Origin: a virus | Virus record (IMG/VR): IMGVR_UViG_3300010035_000001 | Coordinates: 6,615-70,614 of that record | Length of the DNA: 64,000 bases | Strand: one strand, 5' to 3' | Shown here: piece by piece, positions 37,427 to 47,524 of the stretch | Layout of the letters: every line of letters starts with the position of its first letter | Position numbering within the stretch: position 1 is the stretch's first letter | Position numbers and translations under genes: made by a program | The notes under the pieces: generated by a model | Seen by the model: the letters and a program-made list of their open reading frames with translations, nothing else | Database searches by the model: none | Told to the model about the DNA's origin: nothing

Positions 37427-38494
37427 TCAGCCTGTATCTGGAATTTTCAGCTTGTCTGATTGGATATTCGGATCCCATGCGGGTGGGGTCATGGTTGTGG
37501 GTGGGGTAGCCACCGTGGGATTAGTTGTAGGATCACCAGGTGGAGTGGACGTGTGGACATGACTATTGAATTTCGAAATTTCAGTGGAGAGGAGATTGTA
37601 AAGGGTCTGTAGATGCTCGGCCACTGTCACGCTCATGGCTCCATCCCCAATTGTGCATTTCGCGGCACCATCTTTCAATTCAGCTTTCAAGGTGGCACCT
37701 GAATCAACTGAAAGATTCCAGTAACCAGCCGCATCCTTGATTTGCCAAGTCCGACGATCTTTCAGGAGCGTTCCAATTGCTTTGGGATCCGGATTGTCCG
37801 GATCCACCATGTCATTGACTCTAACCTCTTGTTTTGCTTCAAGAGGAACGTCAAACAGGACATCTCCTTTACCAGCTGTAGTTGGGGATGGCTGTTCATG
37901 CCCATTGGCCTGAAGACTGCCATCATTCGCAAAAGTTGTATTCACCTGGAAATTACCTTGGTCTGAAACACCCCACTGGACCCCATGGTGCCGAAAGAAA
38001 TCCGGATCCCCATCAGCTACTTTTAATTTTTGCCGTCTTCCTAACTCCTTGTCTTCCCTACCTAAATCTGTAGAAGGATGAGGAAGACTTCGTAGAATCA
38101 AAGGTTGGCTCAAATTGTCATTGAGGAACCCGACCAACACATGATCCCCATCACAAGATGCCGGATTTGATCCCTCCGGCAAATTCAATTGATCCAGCCA
38201 GTCAATAGAGGCAGCCCGTGGTTTCCAGATACGGCCCCTATGCATTCCAGATATTTCTTGAGACACGAGAACATTCTTCAAACCCGACCAACGTTCTCCG
38301 GGAAGACTTGGGAAAAGCAAAACGTCACAGTAGACCGCGATTGCTGCCTGTGGTTCTGGGGCTTCTGCTTGCGGATGCAAAGCATCATCTGTGACGTAGG
38401 TTGCAACAACGATGCCGCGCAAAAGTAGACCATTCGCCCGTCGGGATCTTGCGGCCCGTGCATAGGCAGGAATGCCAGTTTGAAGTTTACTCAT
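37427..38494 (-). CDS. baseplate central spike (gpV/gp5-like)
   Basis: GDHVLVGFLND OB-fold motif; C-terminal FNSHVH metal-binding apex motif. Confidence 0.75.
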   Translation of the reverse strand: MSKLQTGIPAYARAARSRRANGLLLRGIVVATYVTDDALHPQAEAPEPQAAIAVYCDVLLFPSLPGERWSGLKNVLVSQEISGMHRGRIWKPRAASIDWLDQLNLPEGSNPASCDGDHVLVGFLNDNLSQPLILRSLPHPSTDLGREDKELGRRQKLKVADGDPDFFRHHGVQWGVSDQGNFQVNTTFANDGSLQANGHEQPSPTTAGKGDVLFDVPLEAKQEVRVNDMVDPDNPDPKAIGTLLKDRRTWQIKDAAGYWNLSVDSGATLKAELKDGAAKCTIGDGAMSVTVAEHLQTLYNLLSTEISKFNSHVHTSTPPGDPTTNPTVATPPTTMTPPAWDPNIQSDKLKIPDTG

Positions 38495-39987
38495 GCGTCT
38501 TTCCTTCTCTTGGGGACAACATATCTGGAAGACATTTTTTCCAGAGATTCAAGATAGGAGGCATCTGACCCAATCCAACCACGAGTTACCCCAAGCTTTG
38601 TTTTGGTTCCACGACCGAACACGTAATCGTGCATAACCTGTTCTACATAGTAAGTTTCGTCGTCCGATTGATTCACAGCAAATCCGGGAATTCGAATTCT
38701 TGTTCCAATTTTCAAATCTGGACGGCCGATTCCCAAATTTATTGTTCCAGAAATAAAATACGGATTCAATGCATACCAATCCCTCAAAATCCGGCGTTGA
38801 TGATCTGACATGGTTCCGTAATCCAAGTCTTTGACGGACGGCTTTTGCTGACTTTGGATGTCCATGCGACGCATACCATGGCGCTGGATATCTTTGAGAT
38901 CTACCATGGGGGCCAGAATCGTGATGGCATGCTGCCCAAGAGACTCTTGATGAAGCAGGGGTGCCACAAAATAAGCATTGAATCGTTCCTCCCCAGATTT
39001 CCCGACCGTATCCGACACAATTTCTTGTCTGGCCACGATGGAAACCGGAACTTGATCCCACCAGGAAGTAAAATCCACCCCAGAATCCACAACAGGAAAA
39101 GGCTTGTCCCGGACGATGATCGACATGATCCCTTCACCCGGAGCCATTGGATCTCCCGTGACCAATCGTTGGCTGAAAGGGTCTCCTCCTGGAAGAATGT
39201 CTGCGTAAAATTCGGTAAACAATGGATCCGAAAACTGCTGTGCTAATGACCAGAGAGTCCCCTGTGGCTGCAAATGGTTGGGGTTGAAGGCCTCCCTGGG
39301 GGGCTTGTGCTGAAAGTACTTCGAGTGAAAGGCTACGCTCTTCAGGAAAGAGTCATCGAGGATCCCCGGCATTCCTTTCGGGGGATTCCAATTGACACCA
39401 GCCGACGTGCTTAATTCTTCCAGAAAACCCCGTAAATAGGCTTCAACCGCTTCAGGTGGGGATTTGACAACTTGGGGAAGAGAATCCATGACTCGGTGAG
39501 CCACGGCATCGGTGACCAAATCAGCATCCGCATAGGGTGAGAACCAGACCGGCGTTTTCTCGAAGATCTTAGACCATTCTTGCCCTTGGATTGTGTATGT
39601 GACCGTTGTGGCCCCTGTTTTGCTTGTCACTCGATTTCTGGTGATCCGATCAATCAGTCCCCGCATCACATGCCATGGTTGATCATGCCGGTAAAAGACA
39701 ATGTCCACCCAATCATCGTCGACCATCCAATTCAGAATGTCCGGCGCCGAATACGAGGGCTTAAGTGTAAATTGCCATTGGCCGGCAGCCGATCCCAATC
39801 CTTTGGAGACGGAACAAGAAATGATGGAATGATGGGGATCTGATGGTCGCTTTCCGATCAACTCCTGTTTTCCACCCCCACCGGGAGTCAAAATCACAGG
39901 GTCATCTCCATGCTGGTAAAGGGTGATCTCAACCCAGGTTGTCTCCGAACCCTGGTACCCTGGTTGGCGGATTATACCTGGACGCAT
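38491..39987 (-). CDS. baseplate hub protein (gp27/gpD-like)
   Basis: between tape measure and spike; SVSKGL...FTL, GRPDLKIGTRI, YYVEQVMHDY...TKLGVTRG. Confidence 0.8.
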   Translation of the reverse strand: MRPGIIRQPGYQGSETTWVEITLYQHGDDPVILTPGGGGKQELIGKRPSDPHHSIISCSVSKGLGSAAGQWQFTLKPSYSAPDILNWMVDDDWVDIVFYRHDQPWHVMRGLIDRITRNRVTSKTGATTVTYTIQGQEWSKIFEKTPVWFSPYADADLVTDAVAHRVMDSLPQVVKSPPEAVEAYLRGFLEELSTSAGVNWNPPKGMPGILDDSFLKSVAFHSKYFQHKPPREAFNPNHLQPQGTLWSLAQQFSDPLFTEFYADILPGGDPFSQRLVTGDPMAPGEGIMSIIVRDKPFPVVDSGVDFTSWWDQVPVSIVARQEIVSDTVGKSGEERFNAYFVAPLLHQESLGQHAITILAPMVDLKDIQRHGMRRMDIQSQQKPSVKDLDYGTMSDHQRRILRDWYALNPYFISGTINLGIGRPDLKIGTRIRIPGFAVNQSDDETYYVEQVMHDYVFGRGTKTKLGVTRGWIGSDASYLESLEKMSSRYVVPKRRKDA

Positions 39988-39989
39988 GT

Positions 39990-42254
39990 TCAGCCCCCAA
40001 GTCCAACAGAAGGATTATCCCCAAACAAACTGTCCATATTTTCGGTCGCGGCTTCGATCTTTTCCGCGAATTGAACCAACCGAGATGTGACCCGTTTAAG
40101 AGTGTTCTCAGATAAATTCATGAATGCTGAATTTGTGAGCGCTGCAGACTTCGCCAAATTCTGGACTGAGGGAAGCACTTGTTGGCCCACCCCCAATTCT
40201 GTTACAGCCAAGCCCGCTCGTTGCTGCAGATTCCTGGCCATTCGATCGGCTCGCCCACGCGCGGCCTGGGCCAAGGCTCCGGGATCGGCAACTGCGGGAA
40301 GTTGACCAGCGGTCGCTTCCCGGCGAGCTTGTTCCTGTTGCATTAGAGTTTGCTCTTCTGGAGATAACTCCTCCCCGGCCAACCGTTTACCCAAGACAGA
40401 CATTTCTCGCGCCCCCACATTGACACCCATTCGGCCAAGGATTCTTCGGAGGAACAATCGACCCCCAGCGCCCCCACCACCCATTTCCATGATTCGGCGC
40501 ATGAACCCGCCCATTTTCCCGCCAGCATCAATGGATTGGATCCCCCCCTCCTGTAAAAGGGTTCCCATCTCTTCCAATTGAATGAATGCTTGCTCTAAAC
40601 CAGCAGCACCACCACCCTCATACCCACCCATGGTTTGCATCAAGAGAAGATCTAATCCGCTCCCGGGCCCCCGTTGCCCAATACCCTGGACGTATTGTTG
40701 GACTCCCTGACCAACCGCGGCCGCTCTTGTCCCAGTCAAACCCATGGAAAATTCTTTGGCTAAACTGGCCATGGATTGTTGATTGAAAGGTATTCCTGTG
40801 GATTGGAATTGACTGATCCCAGATGCCACTTGTTCCATGTACCGTGTCACTTCGGATCCGGACATCCCAAGTTCTACCGCAGTCCGAAGTGCATCAGTAA
40901 TGGCCTCAGCACCCGTACCCGCTCCAACTAAACCACCACGTCGAACACCTTGGCCAAACGCACCAGTTGTGGGAATACCCACCCCAAACAATTTCTGAGC
41001 CGATAGAGCGGTTTCAAAAGCACGCATACCTTGGCTTTGTCGCAGGACACCTCCGGCTCCCTGAGCATAAGTTGTTGCTTCCTGCAATACTTCCTGAGGA
41101 GTCATCCCAAGCCGAGTTCCTATCCTGGTCATTTGGGCTCGACTTGTCTTTGCTCGTTCCCGTCTGACTTCTTCCTGGAGCATGGACCGCATCCCAGCAT
41201 CAGATAGTTGTCGCGCTTGTACTCGTTCTCTATATTCGGCGTCGGTCTCATCAACTAACCGCTCACTCCAAGGGACTCGGACGGTTTCCCCTGGATAGGC
41301 TTCCGCTTCTCCTGTTTGCATCCGCTCTAACTGTTGCCCCAATGGACTTGAACGGGAGACGTATCGACCCTGTGGGGTCATGATCATGTTTGGGTCTGCA
41401 ATCCGGCCCAAACCACCTCCCACCCGACTCAGGGGGACTTCCATGGTGTCATCACCTGTCTCGAATGCGGCCAATTCCGCACGAGCACGCCGAAGACCGG
41501 GGGACGTTCCACCCAACTGCACAAAAGGAGAAGCCTGGTACAATTGCCGTTCGTAGGCCAAGGCTTGCTCCGCAAACCCCGCTGCGGACCCCAGTTGACC
41601 TGCCAGTACCCCTCCAAAAGGAAGGGCAGCTAGGCCTTGCTGAAAGCCTTGCAGACCCGTTGTCAAAGCACCCCCGGTCAAACCCCATCCTGCAGCCCCA
41701 CCGCGCCGGATACCACCACCAACCATCTGCCCAGCCAATTGGTGGTACATCCCTGGGCCTCGTTCAACAAAAGCTGATGGGATGGGCATTGCCTGGGCAA
41801 ACCCTTGGACAAAAGCCTGTCTTCTTTTTTCCCGATCAGCTTCGATTTGTTTTTGTTCTACTTCAGATTGCTTTCTGTGATCTTGTTCAGCTTTCATCAA
41901 TTGGCGTTGCGCGGCCGCAGCACCTTCATTTGCTCTTTGGATGGAGTCAATTGCTTGGGAAAGATCTCGATATTCTGCTTTAACACCCTGTAAGGCTTTC
42001 TGGAGCTTTTTGTACTCGTCGGTTCCTCTTTTTGTGTCCGCTAGTTGAGTAGCCAATTCTTTCTGTTGCTGGATGATCGGTTTAAGCCGATCTTCATACT
42101 TTTGGACTTCTTTTTGGGCTGCCTGAAAAGCTGCAGCCTGTTTCCGCATGCCTTCCAAACCAGCTCGATTGACACCCATCGTTTTTTGAAGTGCCGCGTC
42201 AAGCCCTTTTGTTTTCGCGGTTAAGGTGACATCTGTTTGGATGTTACTTGGCAT
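39990..42254 (-). CDS. tail tape measure protein
   Basis: 754 aa, helical A/G/Q-rich; follows the tail chaperone pair. Confidence 0.8.
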   Translation of the reverse strand: MPSNIQTDVTLTAKTKGLDAALQKTMGVNRAGLEGMRKQAAAFQAAQKEVQKYEDRLKPIIQQQKELATQLADTKRGTDEYKKLQKALQGVKAEYRDLSQAIDSIQRANEGAAAAQRQLMKAEQDHRKQSEVEQKQIEADREKRRQAFVQGFAQAMPIPSAFVERGPGMYHQLAGQMVGGGIRRGGAAGWGLTGGALTTGLQGFQQGLAALPFGGVLAGQLGSAAGFAEQALAYERQLYQASPFVQLGGTSPGLRRARAELAAFETGDDTMEVPLSRVGGGLGRIADPNMIMTPQGRYVSRSSPLGQQLERMQTGEAEAYPGETVRVPWSERLVDETDAEYRERVQARQLSDAGMRSMLQEEVRRERAKTSRAQMTRIGTRLGMTPQEVLQEATTYAQGAGGVLRQSQGMRAFETALSAQKLFGVGIPTTGAFGQGVRRGGLVGAGTGAEAITDALRTAVELGMSGSEVTRYMEQVASGISQFQSTGIPFNQQSMASLAKEFSMGLTGTRAAAVGQGVQQYVQGIGQRGPGSGLDLLLMQTMGGYEGGGAAGLEQAFIQLEEMGTLLQEGGIQSIDAGGKMGGFMRRIMEMGGGGAGGRLFLRRILGRMGVNVGAREMSVLGKRLAGEELSPEEQTLMQQEQARREATAGQLPAVADPGALAQAARGRADRMARNLQQRAGLAVTELGVGQQVLPSVQNLAKSAALTNSAFMNLSENTLKRVTSRLVQFAEKIEAATENMDSLFGDNPSVGLGG

Positions 42255-42618
42255 AGGCGAATCCTTTTTCTAGATCGGGGTCGCGGCCAGCTTCCAAGTC
42301 TTTGATCCATTCTTCGGCCAGTGCATCTCGCACAATCGTTGGATCAGGTTCGTCCAGTGCTTCCGCCAAAGCTGTGATGTGTGCCCGCAAAGCTTTTCGT
42401 TCTTCTCGGGACTTGGCATTTTCCCATTGTTCTTTCGCATCTTGGAGATTGGCATAAAAATCCTCATACATTTCAAGTAATAAACTCCCCATTGTCCGAT
42501 TCCGAAACAATGGATCTGTTGGAGGCCTACGGTATTTTTCCGACCACCAACGTGATAGCTGATGATCGTCTGGTTTATTTTTGGCCTTTGCTTTCCGTTT
42601 GATTCTCCGCGTATCCGA
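42244..42618 (-). CDS. tail assembly chaperone C-terminal extension (T part), probably expressed by frameshift
   Basis: frame open from 42666; RWWSEKYRRPPTDPLF lies upstream of any start codon. Confidence 0.7.
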   Translation of the reverse strand, partial: SDTRRIKRKAKAKNKPDDHQLSRWWSEKYRRPPTDPLFRNRTMGSLLLEMYEDFYANLQDAKEQWENAKSREERKALRAHITALAEALDEPDPTIVRDALAEEWIKDLEAGRDPDLEKGFAYAK

Positions 42619-43033
42619 GAAAGTAGGCCTCGTGCGAGAGGACCTCCGTGTAAATCTTTTCCAAAATCAAAAAATCATGAAGTTGCATCAAATCTTTGGC
42701 CCAATCCGGAAACTTGATCAAAGAGTATTTTAGGTGCGCCAACATCAAATGGATGTCCGCCGTGAGTCTATCCAGACTCTCAAAAGGAACCCCACCCGAA
42801 AGTTTTGCACGTAGAACCCCGACGGCAGAACGTTCTTGGATTGTTAGGATCTTATTGGTAAAAGCCCCTTCCCGAATACGCCCGCGGCCATCTTTGTGTT
42901 TGAATTGAAACGTCCAGATTTCCTCGCCTCGAGGATTGTCCAAATCAGATTCTTCAGTTTGTTGTTGTGCTTTATCTATTTCTTCTTTCAGATTGTCAAG
43001 ATGTGGCATGTTGTCGAGATCGGCAGTGGACAT
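42575..43033 (-). CDS. tail assembly chaperone (G part)
   Basis: directly after tail tube; AAGGAGG SD. Confidence 0.8.
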   Translation of the reverse strand: MSTADLDNMPHLDNLKEEIDKAQQQTEESDLDNPRGEEIWTFQFKHKDGRGRIREGAFTNKILTIQERSAVGVLRAKLSGGVPFESLDRLTADIHLMLAHLKYSLIKFPDWAKDLMQLHDFLILEKIYTEVLSHEAYFLGYAENQTESKGQK

Positions 43034-43109
43034 AGATTCCTCCTTGGATGTTCTAATCAAAAAATGACATGGAAATTAGGGACCGACAATGGGAGAGAGG
43101 GATTTGGAC

Positions 43110-43556
43110 TTAGATTTCAGATTCGTCTTTCACCCGTACAGCAACAAAAGTCACATTCATGGTAACCAGCTGGCCTTGTTGTACCCGCCATGTTTGAGAC
43201 GATATTTGGACCTGTTCAACCATAGTAACGATCGTGTCAGTTGCCACGTCCTCAATGGCTGCAGTCAGCTTGCTGCTGTTCAGAATGTTGAGCAAATGCT
43301 CATCTGTGTTGGCGCCGGTCTTAGGCATGAGTCCAAGACTCTTCAGTGAGTTTTTCACCAACCGTACCATGTCCGCGCTGAGTTGAACATCGTAAGATAC
43401 TGGAATATCTTCCTCTTTTTCGATGTTCCCCAAAACACGATACGGTTCAAAGGTGATGTTTTCTGTGACTTCTACTCCAGTGGCGAACCCAATCACTTTC
43501 CCGTTGATCAGGAATCGCGCTCGGGCACCACTTAGAACCAAACCTTTCTCAGCCAT
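43110..43556 (-). CDS. tail tube protein
   Basis: 148 aa after sheath; SGARARFLINGKVIGFA...E...RVLGN...Y.VQLSA. Confidence 0.85.
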   Translation of the reverse strand: MAEKGLVLSGARARFLINGKVIGFATGVEVTENITFEPYRVLGNIEKEEDIPVSYDVQLSADMVRLVKNSLKSLGLMPKTGANTDEHLLNILNSSKLTAAIEDVATDTIVTMVEQVQISSQTWRVQQGQLVTMNVTFVAVRVKDESEI

Positions 43557-43569
43557 CGATCAATCTCCT

Positions 43570-45900
43570 TTAGGCCGCCACTGAAATGGTGACCAAGTGG
43601 TATGTGATTGGGGCAAAGTTGACAGGCAAAACAGGAGCCAGTTCAACACTGATATTGATTCTATCTTGCACCAACTGAATGCTTAGACTTCTCCAAGTGA
43701 CCAAAAAGCCTTCGTCTCGGTACAAGCCCAAAGCATTCAAAGCTTGGGCTTTTGTTGCATTGACTGTCCCAGCAAAACCAGGTTGCCCAACGGCCGTTTC
43801 CATAAGAGTCCGGAAATCTTTGGTAACGTAATTGACAACTTCGTTGACGCTGCCTTCAATGAACGCCAAATTGTTGCTGGTCAAATGGGTGGTCAAATTT
43901 CGAACCACACGACGCCCTTGACCGCTGATATTCTCCACAAAAAGCAATCCAGCTTCCAACAGTTCCTCGCTGTCATCTCTGGGATTCCAAGACGCGTCTT
44001 GGCGAACAGCAACGGAGTTGGTGTACTTGAATGTCAACGGCATTCCAATTGCTGATCCTGCCTGCATCCCAGCAACAAGGGCAGCGAGATAGTACGGAGA
44101 AAACTCCTCAAGCTCACCGTCGGTATTGTACCGCGAGAGTGTTTGTCCAACCGCCCGGATATGACGGGTATTGAGTGCTGTAATTTGGCTCTTGATTTCG
44201 GTTTTGGTAGGAACGTCGGTACCAGCCGCATTCATCAAACCCACAACCCCATCTCGTTCATCTCGTCCAATCCCGCCCATCAATTCACAATGGGCTTTCA
44301 ATGCTGCATGGACGGCCGGGTCATGAGTCAGGGGGACGATGGTGTTGCATCCTACCTGCTTAAGCAAGTTCAGGGCATCCTGCCAATCCTGGAAAGCCAA
44401 AGGATTGCTGTCGGGGGCAGCGAGATTTTCCTCACCACCAGAAAGAAACACCGGAGAAGTTGTGTTTGAGACCGCACCACCGGCCGCACCGGTAGCTTTG
44501 GTGGCAGTCACATACTGAGAATTGGTTTTGATCCATTGAATCATTGCCCACAAATCAGCATGGAATCCGGGTTCTGCCGGAGAAAGGCAATTGACCGCTC
44601 CACTGGCGCCATCAGTCACATCCAAATCATCCGGATCGAACTTCAATAGACCGGTCACCTTTGTGAAAGTGAAGCCATACTTTGGACTGGAGCCGTAGCC
44701 TTTGGCATTGTAGAAATCCGCGATCTTGGAAATGGTATTTTGGTTGGTTCCCGATGTTCGAACTGCTTCGCCGGAGATGGTCACGGTTCGAGCCGCTTCT
44801 ACCTCGCCAACTGCTAAGAAAGTGACTTCTCCGAACGTGGCGGAACCACTGACCGACGTTGTTCCGGTCAACGTGAATTTCTCCATTTGAACAGATCCGG
44901 ATGCGGAGACACCAATCACCAACATGACCTTCGTTGTTGCCCCATCAGCCACGATTGACAAAGTGGAGGCAGCGTACATTGCAGCGCACACAGAGATTCC
45001 AGCTGTACCATTCGCTCCACTGGCAATGGTCAACATCGTAATTGGATCATCATCGGAGACGGTCACAGTGCCCGCAGTGGTCCCCACAATACGGGCACCC
45101 AAAATCACAGAAAAGACCTGAGTACCTGTAACCGTAGTTGTACCATTCAGGTTGAGTGTTTCGGAAGCAGCAGCGGCAGAAGCATCCAAACCATAGATGA
45201 TGATTTGTTGGGTGGTGTCCGCGGCATTTCCCGATACTGCGGACATCACAGAGTTGGCCAAAGGTTGTGCACTGATTTGGCCATCGAGTCCTGCTTGTGC
45301 CCTCGTTCCATCAGTGACGACATGGCCACCAGATTCGACCGTACAAGTCATTGTGTCCCAGCCACCAGTGGGCTTGGTGTATTTGATCGTGAAAATATCA
45401 TCCCCACCAAGATCATCCACTGATTCGATCTTGTCCTCAAAAGTGATAGTGAGCAATTTTCCTTTTGATGTACCAGTGGCCACGGCCACATTGACTTGAC
45501 TGGTGAATGCCCCATAATCGCTCGATGTCAAAGTCAAGGCATTGCCATAGGTGTTTCCTAAAGTAGCGGTGGACTGCGTCGCTGGGTTAACTTTCATGGC
45601 GATGACTTGTGCCGCACCACCTTGCACATCCGGATCTGAGGCTGGAGCAAACAGGATGTCTGCAACTTCCCGAAGCTGACCTGACCGAAATTTCTCCCGG
45701 GCATCGGAGGGACGATTGATGTAAACCACATCTTCCGGTTTCGTGATTGCAGATACGGGCTTTCCGCCTTCCGCCGTCCCAAGCACGGCAACGATCCCAC
45801 TGGCGGTTAAACCAATGGACTCAAGGCCCGATGCGTCCACGGTGGAATACGCGCCGGGAGTGCGGATTACCCGTCCGTCAAATTTGATTCCTGAGGCCAT
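43570..45900 (-). CDS. contractile tail sheath protein
   Basis: FDGRVIRTPGAYS, AVLGTAEGG N-terminus; AALVAGMQAG..IGMPLTFK, LLEAGL, VELAPVLPVNF C-terminus. Confidence 0.93.
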   Translation of the reverse strand: MASGIKFDGRVIRTPGAYSTVDASGLESIGLTASGIVAVLGTAEGGKPVSAITKPEDVVYINRPSDAREKFRSGQLREVADILFAPASDPDVQGGAAQVIAMKVNPATQSTATLGNTYGNALTLTSSDYGAFTSQVNVAVATGTSKGKLLTITFEDKIESVDDLGGDDIFTIKYTKPTGGWDTMTCTVESGGHVVTDGTRAQAGLDGQISAQPLANSVMSAVSGNAADTTQQIIIYGLDASAAAASETLNLNGTTTVTGTQVFSVILGARIVGTTAGTVTVSDDDPITMLTIASGANGTAGISVCAAMYAASTLSIVADGATTKVMLVIGVSASGSVQMEKFTLTGTTSVSGSATFGEVTFLAVGEVEAARTVTISGEAVRTSGTNQNTISKIADFYNAKGYGSSPKYGFTFTKVTGLLKFDPDDLDVTDGASGAVNCLSPAEPGFHADLWAMIQWIKTNSQYVTATKATGAAGGAVSNTTSPVFLSGGEENLAAPDSNPLAFQDWQDALNLLKQVGCNTIVPLTHDPAVHAALKAHCELMGGIGRDERDGVVGLMNAAGTDVPTKTEIKSQITALNTRHIRAVGQTLSRYNTDGELEEFSPYYLAALVAGMQAGSAIGMPLTFKYTNSVAVRQDASWNPRDDSEELLEAGLLFVENISGQGRRVVRNLTTHLTSNNLAFIEGSVNEVVNYVTKDFRTLMETAVGQPGFAGTVNATKAQALNALGLYRDEGFLVTWRSLSIQLVQDRINISVELAPVLPVNFAPITYHLVTISVAA

Positions 45901-45912
45901 CGTGATCTCCCT

Positions 45913-46101
45913 TTACCTAGTCGGTTTATTCATAAAATTTTTGTACATTTTCCGCCATTTAAGGACTGACATCGGGCCTAACTTTTCTTGTTTGGCGTAG
46001 TACACAAACCCAGCTGTTTGATCAGGCTTGTGCCCAGAAATCGAGACAAAGACTTCCAGAGATACAAGAACCGGTTCTGTTTCTGGACGTTTTTTCTTCA
46101 T
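45913..46101 (-). CDS. small conserved-type protein upstream of sheath
   Basis: 62 aa; ATGA overlap; C-terminal W..MY.NF..KP. Confidence 0.6.
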   Translation of the reverse strand: MKKKRPETEPVLVSLEVFVSISGHKPDQTAGFVYYAKQEKLGPMSVLKWRKMYKNFMNKPTR

Positions 46102-46766
46102 TCTTCTTCTCCCAGGGTGTAGACACCCACATTCGTCTCAGTCCCTTCCAGGTTACCGGACGATCCTTCGCTGTCAATGTGTAAACCGTCGATGTAATTG
46201 CCTTTTGGCAATGAATCCAGAATAGTCCTAGTAAATTGGGAACGGCATTTGAAAGTCAATTGCCGAACGAACAATTGTTCCGGCAATCCCAATTCATCGG
46301 GTCTCAATTCTGATCCTGAAAGATGAAATTGAAACATCCCCAGTTGCGTAAATTCCCGATAGCTTGCCACCATCATTGCTTTGGTCAATTCGTAGTAGTA
46401 CTGACTCTGATCCAAATGTCGCGCGTAGATGTACAAATTGAACATGTGCTCCATCAAAAAAACTTCGATTTGAGCACCATTGTATAGATCATCGGAATCT
46501 ACAATCATCCCACCGGCGTCACCCAAGAAATCTTGCACTTCCTGTTCAGACCCCAAGGTCACCAAAATAATGGGTGGTTCAGGCCGTGTTTGCGAAAAGC
46601 CATTCACCACTTGTGGAGTTTCCGCCAAAAACTTGGTTTTGATGGCTGTGATTTCTGTTTCCCTGGTTGTAAACACCCGAGAAAACAAGTCAGTCAACAT
46701 TTCTGGACGTGCTTGAAAAGATTCAATCTTTTCTTTGAGTAGCCGATAGATGTGTCGTTGAATCAT
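46098..46766 (-). CDS. tail terminator/completion protein (putative)
   Basis: position before sheath; start moved to ATGA overlap at 46766. Confidence 0.6.
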   Translation of the reverse strand: MIQRHIYRLLKEKIESFQARPEMLTDLFSRVFTTRETEITAIKTKFLAETPQVVNGFSQTRPEPPIILVTLGSEQEVQDFLGDAGGMIVDSDDLYNGAQIEVFLMEHMFNLYIYARHLDQSQYYYELTKAMMVASYREFTQLGMFQFHLSGSELRPDELGLPEQLFVRQLTFKCRSQFTRTILDSLPKGNYIDGLHIDSEGSSGNLEGTETNVGVYTLGEEE

Positions 46767-47524
46767 GATTCCCTCACTGATGCGATTGCGTGTTCCATTA
46801 CAGTTGCGGCGAATTGGGCTACTTGACGGGCGTAATGTCGCGCCCGAATTTGACCACGAATCCAGGTTCCATTTCTGGTAGCTGTAGAAATAGTTCTCCA
46901 CGTCATGTACTGTGTTCCTGTTTCCTTTTTCAGCCGACGTAGCCCAGCGTAGATATCCGTAAAATGAAGAGCCTTGGTCGTCGGATTCCGCAAACGAAAA
47001 GCACCCCCGGCACCGGGATCAAGTGATCCTTTCGCTTCTTTGGCCATGGCATAAATGGTACGTCCCATGGCTTTCCAATCAGGAACAACCCCTGCATAGG
47101 GTTTTCCGAAAGTCTGACCTACCACATTCCCAGAACCAGGTACTGTGTGTCTGAAAGGAATGTACCGGTAATAGGCCCCTGCTTTTGTAGCATGCATCCC
47201 CCGTTGGCCTTTGGGAACAACCTTGACTTTGGCTGGGTTCAACAAGACATCACGTAAATCCGTTTGGGGCGTCCCATCCTCCAACATGTGTGGGACTTCT
47301 CCAACCAAGCTGATAGATACTTCATCGGTGCCTTTACGCTGGACTTCTTGAATCCCATTGATGTAGTCCCCACGCATCGAGGAAGAATCTTCACCAGCCA
47401 ACCGGATCCAATGATTCCGGGCGGACTGGGCAACGTTTTCTAAAATCATTTCTTTCACGCCTGCAACAAGACCGCTCAACAGGTTTTCAGGCACTAGAAC
47501 CCGATTGTGTTCGACTTCGATCAT
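46763..47524 (-). CDS. neck/tail completion protein (HK97 gp10-like)
   Basis: YINGI, PHMLEDGT, YIPFRH, WRTIS...W motifs; neck region position. Confidence 0.6.
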   Translation of the reverse strand: MIEVEHNRVLVPENLLSGLVAGVKEMILENVAQSARNHWIRLAGEDSSSMRGDYINGIQEVQRKGTDEVSISLVGEVPHMLEDGTPQTDLRDVLLNPAKVKVVPKGQRGMHATKAGAYYRYIPFRHTVPGSGNVVGQTFGKPYAGVVPDWKAMGRTIYAMAKEAKGSLDPGAGGAFRLRNPTTKALHFTDIYAGLRRLKKETGTQYMTWRTISTATRNGTWIRGQIRARHYARQVAQFAATVMEHAIASVRES

